From: Marsupella aquatica
Taxonomy: Eukaryota > Plantae > Marchantiophyta
Assembly (NCBI GenBank): GCA_973895155.1
Contig: OZ316897.1
Span: 21,737,455-21,801,454 of the forward strand
Reading direction: 5' to 3'
DNA: 64,000 nt
The translations under genes and the position numbers were made by a program. Under the pieces are notes generated by a model. The model was not told the DNA's origin and did no database searches. It saw nothing but the letters and a program-made list of their open reading frames with translations. Within the stretch, counting starts at the first letter, position 1. Every line of letters starts with the position of its first letter. Below are positions 1-10,086 of the stretch, one piece after another.

Positions 1-159
1 GAATCACTCGTTGGATTATTAGAACAGGGTGCGAACAAATGAAGGTTATTTTTAATCTTGTTAAAGTAATAATTATAATCAAAAATTTATACTAAAGGCA
101 TTTAAAAATCCAATTTTGGTAAAAAAATTAGTTTTTATGTTCATGAAGGTATTTAAGAA

Positions 160-657
160 TTGTCAAAGTCATGTTATAAATGGTGTGAGATAAGGATGTT
201 TATGAAGGAAGGGTTAACTAGCCATAAATTTGACTACTTCCTGAAATTGTTAGTATCGAAAATTTTTCTATTTAATTATGATTTGCAAACTTATGATGAA
301 ACATCTAAAACAATATACCGAAATAATTTTTTTTCAGGATATAGATATCTAAAGAAAGCTAAGAGATGGAAAATACTCTATGATGCTAAGATATGGACAT
401 TGTTATCCTCTATGTTGGAAACACGATATGCAATGGACTTGCTACCTAGAGGAATGAAAGAAAGTATTAAGAAATTAAGAAAATATCAACATAGTTTTGT
501 TGAATTTCAAAAACAACATTTCAATACTTTCTTAATACCACGGTTGCAAAAAAATGGAGGTATTAAAATATTTGGGAAACATAATGAAGAAAATTGTAAG
601 TCCTATGATGAGACATATTTGATATCAAGTTACATGAAAAAACCACTGTCCGAGTGA
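160..657 (+). other. AT-rich ORF of unknown function (165 aa from a TTG; first ATG at 196), possibly a TE-associated relic
   Basis: Open frame in the ORF track; no motif recognised; abuts the dispersed repeat at 640-1322. Confidence 0.2.
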
Positions 658-1322
658 CCGTGTTTTTTGGTAAAAGCATGTTGGCTCTTATGAAGTCAAC
701 CTTTCTTGCCCATAAGTTCTACACTAAAACCAAAATGATAACTCTTGTAAAAAGGGTGGTGGGTATTAAGAAAGGTTCAGGTGAAACTAATATACTATTA
801 AATTCTACTTCACCATACTTACGGATCAACATATCTTGAAAACTAATTTTTTCACGACATACAATCCTAATATCTCCAAGAGAAAATGAAATAGGAATGT
901 CATCTGGACTTCTATTTAGATCCATGACTTCAATAAAGGACAAAGATAATACATTCCCACTCCTCTCGGTAAGACACCACTGGGTACACTATTGGCTCAT
1001 TAGAACTCATAACAGCAATTGTAAATTGAGCTCCAAAGTGATAAGTTAAATGTTGTCTCATGGATGGCTTGTCTAAAAGATGGACTCTAACCAAAAATGG
1101 GTTACGAAAAGGAAGATTAGGGATATCTCTCACTTCTAAATTCATAATGATTTTCTTGTTCCTTTGCTATCCGGGCCAAATGATGTCTCACTACTATGTA
1201 CATAAGGCAAATAATAGAAGAGAAAGATGAGAGAAGACAAGAAAAGAAAATCGCTTTGAAGCAAAAATTATCAAAATGTGGGAATGAGGAGAGAGTGTCC
1301 CTCACCATTTTATTTATATTGA
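640..1322 (-). repeat. Dispersed repeat, copy A (inverted homolog of 24661-25400), with a decayed reading frame
   Basis: Reverse complement aligns by eye with 24661-25400; translations match (DLNRSPDDIPISFSLGDIRIVCREKISF vs NLNRSSYDILISFSFGDIRIICHRKINF). Confidence 0.75.
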
Positions 1323-4300
1323 ATCCCTATCTTCCTCATTCTGGCTCCATTTGAGGAGCGCTGCCTCTTGTTGGAATCAGCTCCACGAGCTCTTTTCAAC
1401 AAGCCCATGAGTGCTCACTTTCAAAAATTTCAAAATCAAGAGGTCGTACAACCAAGGCCGTACGGCCACCCTAGTCCCCTCCTCGTCACTGACGGTGTCA
1501 TGACTTGAGCCCTGACGTGGTTAACCCATCACTCTCTTGAGTGAATACCACCCCGCTTCTCTTCTTCTTCACCGGGGTGCTCTTCTAACTAGTGTTCCCT
1601 TGCTTCCTCAATGCGGCCAAGGCTTGCCAAACTTTGACATACCCCTCACCAGTAGTGTCCTTCCACAAGGTAGCCTCCGCACCAGTTTGCAACTCCAACG
1701 ATAAAACCTGCCTGATGGTGTCATGGGGATTCTTTATTTAATCAGATCCTCATAAGTATAGCTTATTAGTAAAGGATAGTAGTTTGAATTTTGGCATAAT
1801 ATGCATGTATGCATGCTACATTGCACGGTCTATAGTGTGCATGCTATAGTGTATGATCTACAGTGTGCATGTTACAATATATTGTCTACAGTTGCTCCAC
1901 TCACGTAACTACACTACTAGCACACTTATTTACTTTGGATATGTGACACATGGCTTCCATTCGTGTGCCATGCTTGATCCGTGTGCTCGAGGTGTGAATA
2001 CTAAAAAATAAATAGGAGAGGGGCTCTCTCCACTCATAATTGTACTATAATTGTACTTTCAAGTACAACCATTAAAATCAAAGTAATATTCACTAAAAGA
2101 AATTGAATCACATTAGAACCTTAAATTGTGATTATTTTTAACACTTGAGACATCAATATGACTTCCTCAACCGTGACCTTGGATGAGACCGACAAAATTA
2201 TTTAAATGATGACTTAAAAAACTCAAGTTGCTAATATTATTGTACATCGTGACATGGTTATTATCCAAATTGTGACTTAGTTGTGACTAAGAAAAAATAA
2301 AAATCACACATCAATGTGATTACACTTTGACTACCAGTAGTCATATTTATCTTAGTATCATGATAATTGATGAACTGTCATTATTGGTGTTTGTGATTAA
2401 AGTGTGATTATGTGTAGTCATATCAGAAGTCATATTTGTTATATCTTCAAATTATCAACAAATCATTGCAATCTAATGTTAGTAGTTTTTATAACTAAAT
2501 ATCTGTTTAGGAAAATTTTAGGAGAGTACATATAATAATCATAAAGATAATATACAATCATTAATTATTATCAAGTGTTTTGTTGTGTGAGCTATGTTGG
2601 TCTTTCTTATCAGGTTAAGTTTTGAGCACTCAGTCTTGACAATATCCAAGATTTATTTCTTAGAGAGATGGATTATAAATTGAAAGGATTGATGAAGAAG
2701 ACAAATATCAATGATGATGTTACAATGAGATTCAATCAATTAAATTTAAGTCATCAAGAAATTGATATTGTGATATAATCATATAATTTATCATTTGCTT
2801 GTTTTGATTTTCTACTGATGGACATAGGTCTATCATTCATATTTTTCAAACAAATAGAGAAGAAATAAAAATTGATCTTCAAAAATTTATGGTCTAACTC
2901 AATAAATTAGACGATAATTCTATCGAGAATGTCAATTTGATTATCCTACATAATGTGATGATCCATCTTTGGACTCCAGAGATTTCTACAACACTTCAAG
3001 TAATAATGACATCAAATTATATTTTCACTCGAGTTTTTTTATTTTACATTCATTCATAAAAATTGGCTATAGTGTAAAGATAAAAGAATATACATTTTGA
3101 CATATTTATCATATAACGCAACCAATGGTGATATTAAAACACTAGGCTAAAGCGATCAATTTTTTTCCAAGTGATAATCTTTTCCTATGTATTTTTTTGA
3201 ACTCTCGACTATGATCCCTCATTTATTATTCTAATATAAAAATATTTATATCTTCATTTATGCATCTATAGAGTATTAATGGATCCAACGATACGATAAT
3301 TATAGTATATATTTTTTCCTCAATTTTTTGTATGATAGATTTTAGAAATTATCAAAATTATTATTTTATTAAGATAAATTTAAAAAATTACTTTTCATTA
3401 TGATAATTCTTGAAAATTACCAAGAATTATAATCTTACTTTGGTAAAAACCAAAATGTACTTGTTATCACAAAAATCTTTATTTTTATATTTTTATACAA
3501 AATTAAATTATTTATCATATACTCTAATTTTCTTATGATAGTGAAATCAACACTAATACCATTGAATCTCAATAATATAACATGTCTAGTTGATAATGAG
3601 ACTATTATAATAAAAAAATTGAGATATGATACATGTCATCATTAAATTTTTTTAGTCTATTTTAATTGTGATATGTTTTTTGGTCTTCAAACAGATTGGG
3701 TTGAGAAATTACTGAATAAGAGTCATGTTATCTATGATGATGTCAACAATATAAAAATTGGATACAATTTTGTGAAAGATATTCGCAATTAGATTAGTAG
3801 ACATGATTGGATCTACTAGCACACTTGTCCGTCAATCATAAGATTATGGGATACTTTATTCTAGGGCGATCGAATCAGAATCATATTATTTAGATAATGT
3901 CACGTTTCATATGTGAATGATTGTTTGCTTTGAATTACAAAAAAATTTGAATTTGCTCTCGGTTTGTTTAGAGTTCTATTCTGGACCAAAATTAGAAGTT
4001 GTCTTGAGATTTTTTATAGTTTTGAGTCTATTAAATGCACAAATTGAATCAATTTTGCATGAATTTTTATCTACAATATTGAAACATTATGAAACCTATT
4101 GTGAAGGCTCTACATCACAGCCTATTACACATAAAAATCAGAGGAAGAAACATCGCACAAAAATCTATCAAATAGAGCCATGTGCCTTCCTATGTTGGAC
4201 AACAATTTGGATGTTGGATTTGTGGTGATGATTATGTATAGTAGTATCATCATAATCATAGAGGACCAAAAGATGCATCAACACCTAATCAATGATAGTG

Positions 4301-4403
4301 TGATCATTGTGGAGTTTTTGGACACACTAGGGATAGGTGTTTTTTACTTCATCCTGAGTTACGAATGACATGATCACAATAGTTAAGAAAAAATTGGTGC
4401 ATC

Positions 4404-5793
4404 TGTGGTATGGGTGTCCCTGCAATTTTTTCTGGAAACTTGTTTATTTTTAGCATATCACAAGATTTACTTACACTTTAGACACCTTCCGGCCAACATT
4501 TACTTGTTCTGGACACTTATAGAAATATTTGACATCTCCGGCTTTCCTGACGATTCCTAGTGTACTTTGCCCGACGCTGTGACCAGCGCCCGTTTCTTTT
4601 ACTCAAGACGCTGCGGAAGCGTCCAACCTCCTCATGACGCTTTTGGCAGTGCCCGACCGCCATCAAGACTCTATGAGGATTTCGACCGACGCTGTGGAAA
4701 GCGTCAGCTTCAACACACGACGCTGTGAGCAGCGTCCACCCTAGTATTGACGCTGTGAGCAGTGTGAGCAGCGTCCGTTGGTTTTACTTAAGACGCTTCT
4801 AGCAGCGTCCAGATTCTCCCGACGCTTCTAGCAGCGTCCGCTCAACACTTAGTTTTTGAAGTAGATTACTAGTAAAGTAGTATTCTACCACCCTTGTTGA
4901 AGTACTTATGCTGTGCTTCTCCCTTGTTTAGTTTTAAGCTTGGAAAGGCACGACTGTTCTTACCTCCTCCATTTTAGGATTCCAGCACTTATAAGACAGA
5001 GTAGAATGCTCATTTGAAGTAGAGAGAAATAGAGTTAATACTGTATTCAGAATTGAGTCTTCTGAATAGTTTTCTCCTCCTTCCATTGTAACAAGGCATG
5101 CTGTGAGTGTTTTGTATGGAAGTAAAGCTATATTGATTGAAGTTAAGATTGAATTCAAGAGATTCCTGTGGTGATTGAATTCAGTTGCAGATTTCTGAAA
5201 CTCGTATTGAATTCACTGCTAGGCTTGCTTGCAGAGTCGGGATTCGCTAGCCAATTCAAGAATAGTTAATGATAAATGAGAAGTAAATTCTGATTCTCAG
5301 AGTAGTTAGTACTGTTGCTTTGATTCTGGAATATGGTTTAGAGTTTGACTGAATTGCGTATCGCTGATGTCAAACCATGTTGACGGCATTTTAAATCATA
5401 TCATTCATTTGCAATCAGAAAGCTTCTGCTTCATCAGATTGAGAATTCCATTATCATTAACCTTTGTGTTTTGAAGAGTGAGATGGATGAATTATGAGAT
5501 AGATTTCATGTCTATACTGAGCCCAAATCCTTTCTGAAGGAGTGGCAGTAGCAGCTTGTAGTCTCTAAATCCTTACTCATTTCTTCTCTAATTCATAAAT
5601 CAGAAGTTCAGTTACTTTGTTGTTTGTTTATTCGATTTTTTTATTGAGAAGTGAAGTCAACATAGAGCTCAAGACTCTAAATCACTCGGAGTGATAAAAG
5701 TTATACAATTCATTCTGAAATCTGTTCTTAAAGGGATCGAAACCCTGGTTTTAGGTGAGGAGAGTCACTTTTGATACTTAGCACTATACGACA
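4404..5793 (+). repeat. 5' LTR of the Athila-like element
   Basis: TGTGGTATG...TACGACA; direct repeat of 16563-17952. I noticed only one difference (C4839 vs T16998). Confidence 0.97.
4573..4839. promoter_or_regulatory. Array of about 8 palindromic GACGCT-N6-AGCGTC motifs in the LTR (also 16732-16998 in the 3' LTR)
   Basis: Motif starts at 4573, 4607, 4636, 4688, 4719, 4749, 4792, 4821; several spacings are 29-31 bp. Regulatory role is inferred. Confidence 0.7.
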
Positions 5794-5799
5794 TCTTTT

Positions 5800-5817
5800 T
5801 GGCGCCGCTGCCGGGGA
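5800..5817 (+). other. Primer-binding site, Athila-type (tRNA-Asp-like)
   Basis: TGGCGCCGCTGCCGGGGA, 6 nt downstream of the 5' LTR; resembles the Athila PBS TGGCGCCGTTGCCGGGGA. Confidence 0.85.
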
Positions 5818-6592
5818 ACGAATTTAAGATTGAATTGACGTACAGGCAGTGTATGCCAGAAGGAGCTAGACGGGAGAGGAATTCACGTTCTACTATAATT
5901 GTGAAGATGCGTCATCACTCCAGTTAAAAAGATGAAGAGCTTCCATTTCGAGGTGATGCCGTACTCTATCCAAAGCGCCCCGGAAGCTCTCTTAAGAGTA
6001 TTGGAAAAATTTGTGGTGCCAAACTTAAGAGAAGAAACCGCCCTTCCACCAGAAAAGGCCTCACAGAGAGGAGCTGTTGCTCGTCAAGTTGCTTTGGAGA
6101 TAGTCGAAGACACCAAAGACACTTTGAGTGACAAGTGAAGTTATTCTAACGTTGCTCGGGACGTATGATTTGTAAAATTGTCCAACCATCCTGGTTCGTG
6201 TGACCGATGCCACCTATCCGATCTTTGGGAACATTAAGAATTAGGAATTTGAGGAATCGTTATGTTAATTCTTGGGTTCTGAGCCTGAGAGGGAGGAATG
6301 GCATACATTGGTTAACTATCACCTGGTGGGAAGATGAAAGTTTGCATTTAGTAATATTAAGGCTGAATGGTAGGATCACACAGGAGTGATATTTAGTCAT
6401 TTCCATTCGGGAGTTAGCGGAAAGAATCATGCACCAGGAATTGCGTAGAAGATTAGGAAGGAGTTAGACGTCTGATTAGTAGGATGGCCTAGTGTAGCGT
6501 ACCATGTGGTAAAGAAATTTCAGGGTGAAGGAAGTCGGAGATTATGGGGAACGCCCGGTTCCAGTAATCGCCACCGTAAAGGAGATAAGGAA

Positions 6593-6740
6593 GGACGCCG
6601 CGAAGAGCGTCCAATGCGATTCGTCCCAGAAGATTCCGCAAGTCAGGACGCTTCGAGTAGCGTCCGATCCCAGTGGACGCTGTGAGCAGCGTCCGGTGGA
6701 ATCTGTGACGAACCAACGTGCGCGACGCTTCTGGTGTGCC
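6593..6740. promoter_or_regulatory. Second cluster of GACGC-N-GCGTC palindromes, in the leader upstream of gag
   Basis: Copies at 6594, 6647, 6676 (gacgctgtgagcagcgtcc, identical to the LTR copy at 4719) and a partial copy at 6724. Confidence 0.65.
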
Positions 6741-7011
6741 TTTCCGCGTCTCAACCTGAAGGACGCACCAGAGAAAACGAGGTTTTAGAATCTCGGCTGG
6801 TCACTGAAGGGAAGTATTAGCTACGGGATAGCAAGGGGGAGGAATCATGCAAGGGATGTTGAACGACGCTACGGGAAGTCACTTTGAGGAAGCAGGTTCA
6901 TATCTCCCGGAGTGGGGTGATAACGTCGCACCTAAATGGTGACTCCTTGCATAAAGACTCCTGAGGAGCGGGTCTGGTGTCTCAAAATCACCCGTGCTTG
7001 GAGAATGAGGG

Positions 7012-8586
7012 ATGTCTGAGGGAGATCCACCGAATAAAAGAAAACCTACCAAGACCTCCAGTAATTCGGATGCTGCAAAATTAGTAGTGACCCCTCGCAC
7101 ATTGTTACCCGAATTCCAGTCACCAGGAGCACCTGCACCGGGTAGTGTGTGGAAACAAGTGGGATCTATTCAAGAGGCAAGTGGCTCTTTGGAAAGGCCC
7201 ACGTCGACCCGACCCCTGTTTGTAAATCTTCGTTCAGGTCCAAAACTTATTGGTTCTCAAAAGACCAAGCTCCGCCAGCAGACAGTACGTTCGGTGAACC
7301 AAATTGACTCTGGTGTGGATAGTACCACTGAGAAGGCCTTATCTCATACCGAAGGAAGAAATTTGGGTTTGCCCGAGAATACAGTTGCAGAATCGCTGGC
7401 CCAAGATAATTCTGTCGATCTTTCACAATTGGATAATCCAGAACCACTGAGTGAAGCCGGTGGTTCGTCTTCTAGTGAGACAAGCAGCAGTTCAGGCTTG
7501 GGCAGCCCAAACCCATTTGCTACCCGATCAGCTCTTCCTTTCGTTACCCTCCTAGCTCCAACCACGATGGCTCGAAATAATGTGAGGTACGACCGGTTCT
7601 TCGGTACTTCTAAGGAGGATGCAGAGGTGTATTTGAAAGAATTTGAAGCTGCAACTGCATCCAATGGACAGAGTCAAGACGCTGAAAAAGCCAATCTGTT
7701 TGGTGGTCTAATGAAAAAGGGTGCTCAGAAATGGTATGACCGTTTTCCGGACAAGCAGGATTGGGGGAAATTGAAGGCTGCTTTCTTGGCCAAATATAAA
7801 GAAGAAGGAGCAGCTGCGCGTGCCTTTGCCCGAATCTCACATCTGCACATGAAGAAACATGGGTCTGTGAGGAAATATGCCGACAAATTATTGGATTTGG
7901 TAGATCAATATAATCCAGCTACCTCGAAATCTACTATCAAGGACTGGTTTATTAACGGTTTACCCTCCAGGATTGCTCGTTACGTGAGACGAGAAGGTGG
8001 CACCACTTTGGAAGAAGTACAAGAGGCAGCCCAGAAGTACGTAGACTCGGAGATTTCAGAGAGAAAACGAGTTAAGAAGGACCTGAAGAAAGACAAAAGA
8101 AAGAAGAAGAAAACGTCCAGGTCTAAATCTGACTCGGAGACGGAATCAAGTGAAAGTAGCACTAGTGAGGAGGACGAGAGTACAAATTCGAGCACTAGTG
8201 ATAGTTCAAGCTCAAGTTCCGACTCAGAATCCGTTGCTCCTAAAAAGAAGAAATCCTCTGTAAAAGGGAATAATAAAGTTCCCAACCAGAAGAAGATGGA
8301 TCGCATGATGGAAGAACTCTCTGGCCAATTGTCCAAGTTGAATGTCAATATCGCCGCGGTAAAACCAGTACGAAGGTTGCCTGCTCCCATGAGAATGAAC
8401 GTATGGTGCACCCGATGCAGTCAGCAGGGCCATTACCCGAAGGAGTGCCCCACATTACGAACCCCGGTGAATTATGTAGATGGTCAAGAAGAGGCTGAGG
8501 AGTATGAGTACGATCCCACGTATACCGTCCAAACAGCACCCCCTGGACAGTATTTCCCACCACCTCCTGCTTCCAGACCGACTTGA
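7012..8586 (+). CDS. gag: Gag (capsid-like region, Lys/Ser-rich linker, first CCHC zinc knuckle)
   Basis: Retrotrans_gag-like segment (AQKWYDRF..WGKLKAAFLAKY..WFINGLP) and CTRCSQQGHYPKEC; ends at TGA 8584-8586, in frame with the next ORF. Confidence 0.9.
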   Translation: MSEGDPPNKRKPTKTSSNSDAAKLVVTPRTLLPEFQSPGAPAPGSVWKQVGSIQEASGSLERPTSTRPLFVNLRSGPKLIGSQKTKLRQQTVRSVNQIDSGVDSTTEKALSHTEGRNLGLPENTVAESLAQDNSVDLSQLDNPEPLSEAGGSSSSETSSSSGLGSPNPFATRSALPFVTLLAPTTMARNNVRYDRFFGTSKEDAEVYLKEFEAATASNGQSQDAEKANLFGGLMKKGAQKWYDRFPDKQDWGKLKAAFLAKYKEEGAAARAFARISHLHMKKHGSVRKYADKLLDLVDQYNPATSKSTIKDWFINGLPSRIARYVRREGGTTLEEVQEAAQKYVDSEISERKRVKKDLKKDKRKKKKTSRSKSDSETESSESSTSEEDESTNSSTSDSSSSSSDSESVAPKKKKSSVKGNNKVPNQKKMDRMMEELSGQLSKLNVNIAAVKPVRRLPAPMRMNVWCTRCSQQGHYPKECPTLRTPVNYVDGQEEAEEYEYDPTYTVQTAPPGQYFPPPPASRPT

Positions 8587-8631
8587 GGACCACCTAAGCC
8601 CACTTTCAATAAACCAACGTCAAGACCACCC

Positions 8632-10065
8632 ATGGGACCCCCGGGAGGATACCCACCACGAGGAATGCCGCGTCAAAAAGGGGCTTGTTGGAATTGTGGC
8701 CAACCTGATCATTATTCACCCCAGTGCCCTTATCCCAAACAGGAGGTGGGGTATACACCTGTCTGTGGGAACTGTGGAAAAGAAGGACACTTACCGGTGG
8801 AATGCCCGAATCCGGCTAAGCCTAGGCTGATGGTTCGATTTGCTCAAGAGCCAGTTAAAGAAGCAAGTCGACCTGAAGCCAAGATTCGGATGGTTTATTC
8901 TGAGGAGATGGAGCAATGCAGCTTCATTCAACATATGGATGTAAATCGGGTGGAATTAAAGCCAGATTCACTTTTTCATCAACCAGTATCCGGGGTGGTG
9001 CCTGATGTCTTGGTAAGTCATTTAGTGAAACCTGAAGTAGTTGGTATGCCGAATGATCGAGTTCAGAATCGGGATAAAGTTCTGACTAATATTTACGCAA
9101 CTACTCGTTCGAAGAAAAAGGAGACCAAGAAGCACGAGCATCAGAAGGTCGCGAAAGCTCCCAAGGATGAAGGGCGCAAGCCATGTAAGGAAGGCCTCGA
9201 CAAAGAAGACGACCCTGCTTATGACCGATATGACCCAAAATACTTCTTGCCCGACATCTCTTTGGAAGTGAAAGACCATCTGGAAGAGCTAGTTAAGGAG
9301 CAAGTGCAATCTCCTAACCCACCAGTAGTAGTCAAAGCTAAAGAGCCACTGAAAAATCCAGGTTATGATATTGTTGAAGATGTCAAGAATCATCCTGCAC
9401 ATATCACCATTGGGGAATTATTACAGGACAATCCGGTTTATAGGCGACAGCTGAGGAGCCTCCTTGCAGGAAAACGGAGGAAGAAGAAGTTACCTTCTGT
9501 GGATGTGCTACGAACAGAGTGGGAGGACAAAGGACCGATGGAAATTGAGGTTCAAATCCAGGGGTGTGTCATTCGGAGAGTTCCTGTGGATGGAGGAGCC
9601 AGCGTTAATCTGATTACACAGTCAGCAGCATTTAATTTGGGTTTCACTAAGTTTGAGCCCACTCCCAAGATTTTGCGCATGGCGGATCAGTCTCGTGTGG
9701 TACCCATAGGGAAGCTGACCAAAGTAGAAACTTTGATTGCTGGTGTCCCTTTTCTGTTGGATTATGTGGTTATTAATCCGGAAATACCATCCAGCTTTCC
9801 TGTTTTGTTAGGCCGACCATGGTTGTATAAGGCTCAAGTTCAGGTTAATTGGCAATCTCAAGAGCTTTCATTTGGGAAGCCTAAGGTGACTGTTAGTTGG
9901 GTTCCGGAACCACATTTTGGAGAAACACAAACAGATGATGGGTACACCTCGGATTTTTCGACCTCTTCGCTAGTCCTGCAGCCATTGGAATTTGAACTGG
10001 AGGAAGTTCGTTACTTGGAAGTTTATCTGTCTGATGCTCCCATAAAACCAACTAGGCCCTCCTGA
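8632..10065 (+). CDS. Gag C-terminal zinc knuckles plus aspartic protease (in-frame continuation of gag)
   Basis: CWNCGQPDHYSPQC and CGNCGKEGHLPVEC; protease motifs VPVDGGASVNLI and VLLGRPWL; same frame as 7012 with no stop in 8587-8631. Confidence 0.9.
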   Translation: MGPPGGYPPRGMPRQKGACWNCGQPDHYSPQCPYPKQEVGYTPVCGNCGKEGHLPVECPNPAKPRLMVRFAQEPVKEASRPEAKIRMVYSEEMEQCSFIQHMDVNRVELKPDSLFHQPVSGVVPDVLVSHLVKPEVVGMPNDRVQNRDKVLTNIYATTRSKKKETKKHEHQKVAKAPKDEGRKPCKEGLDKEDDPAYDRYDPKYFLPDISLEVKDHLEELVKEQVQSPNPPVVVKAKEPLKNPGYDIVEDVKNHPAHITIGELLQDNPVYRRQLRSLLAGKRRKKKLPSVDVLRTEWEDKGPMEIEVQIQGCVIRRVPVDGGASVNLITQSAAFNLGFTKFEPTPKILRMADQSRVVPIGKLTKVETLIAGVPFLLDYVVINPEIPSSFPVLLGRPWLYKAQVQVNWQSQELSFGKPKVTVSWVPEPHFGETQTDDGYTSDFSTSSLVLQPLEFELEEVRYLEVYLSDAPIKPTRPS

Positions 10066-10086
10066 CAATTAACTTCATCATCGGAA

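Noticed and set aside
4573-4839. CRISPR-like appearance of the palindromic repeat array
   Set aside because: Repeats are degenerate, spacers are mostly only about 10-15 bp, there are no cas genes, and the array lies inside a eukaryotic LTR.
4934-5158. Identical 74-aa minus-strand ORFs at 4934-5158 and 17093-17317
   Set aside because: A by-product of LTR duplication; non-ATG start and no domain.
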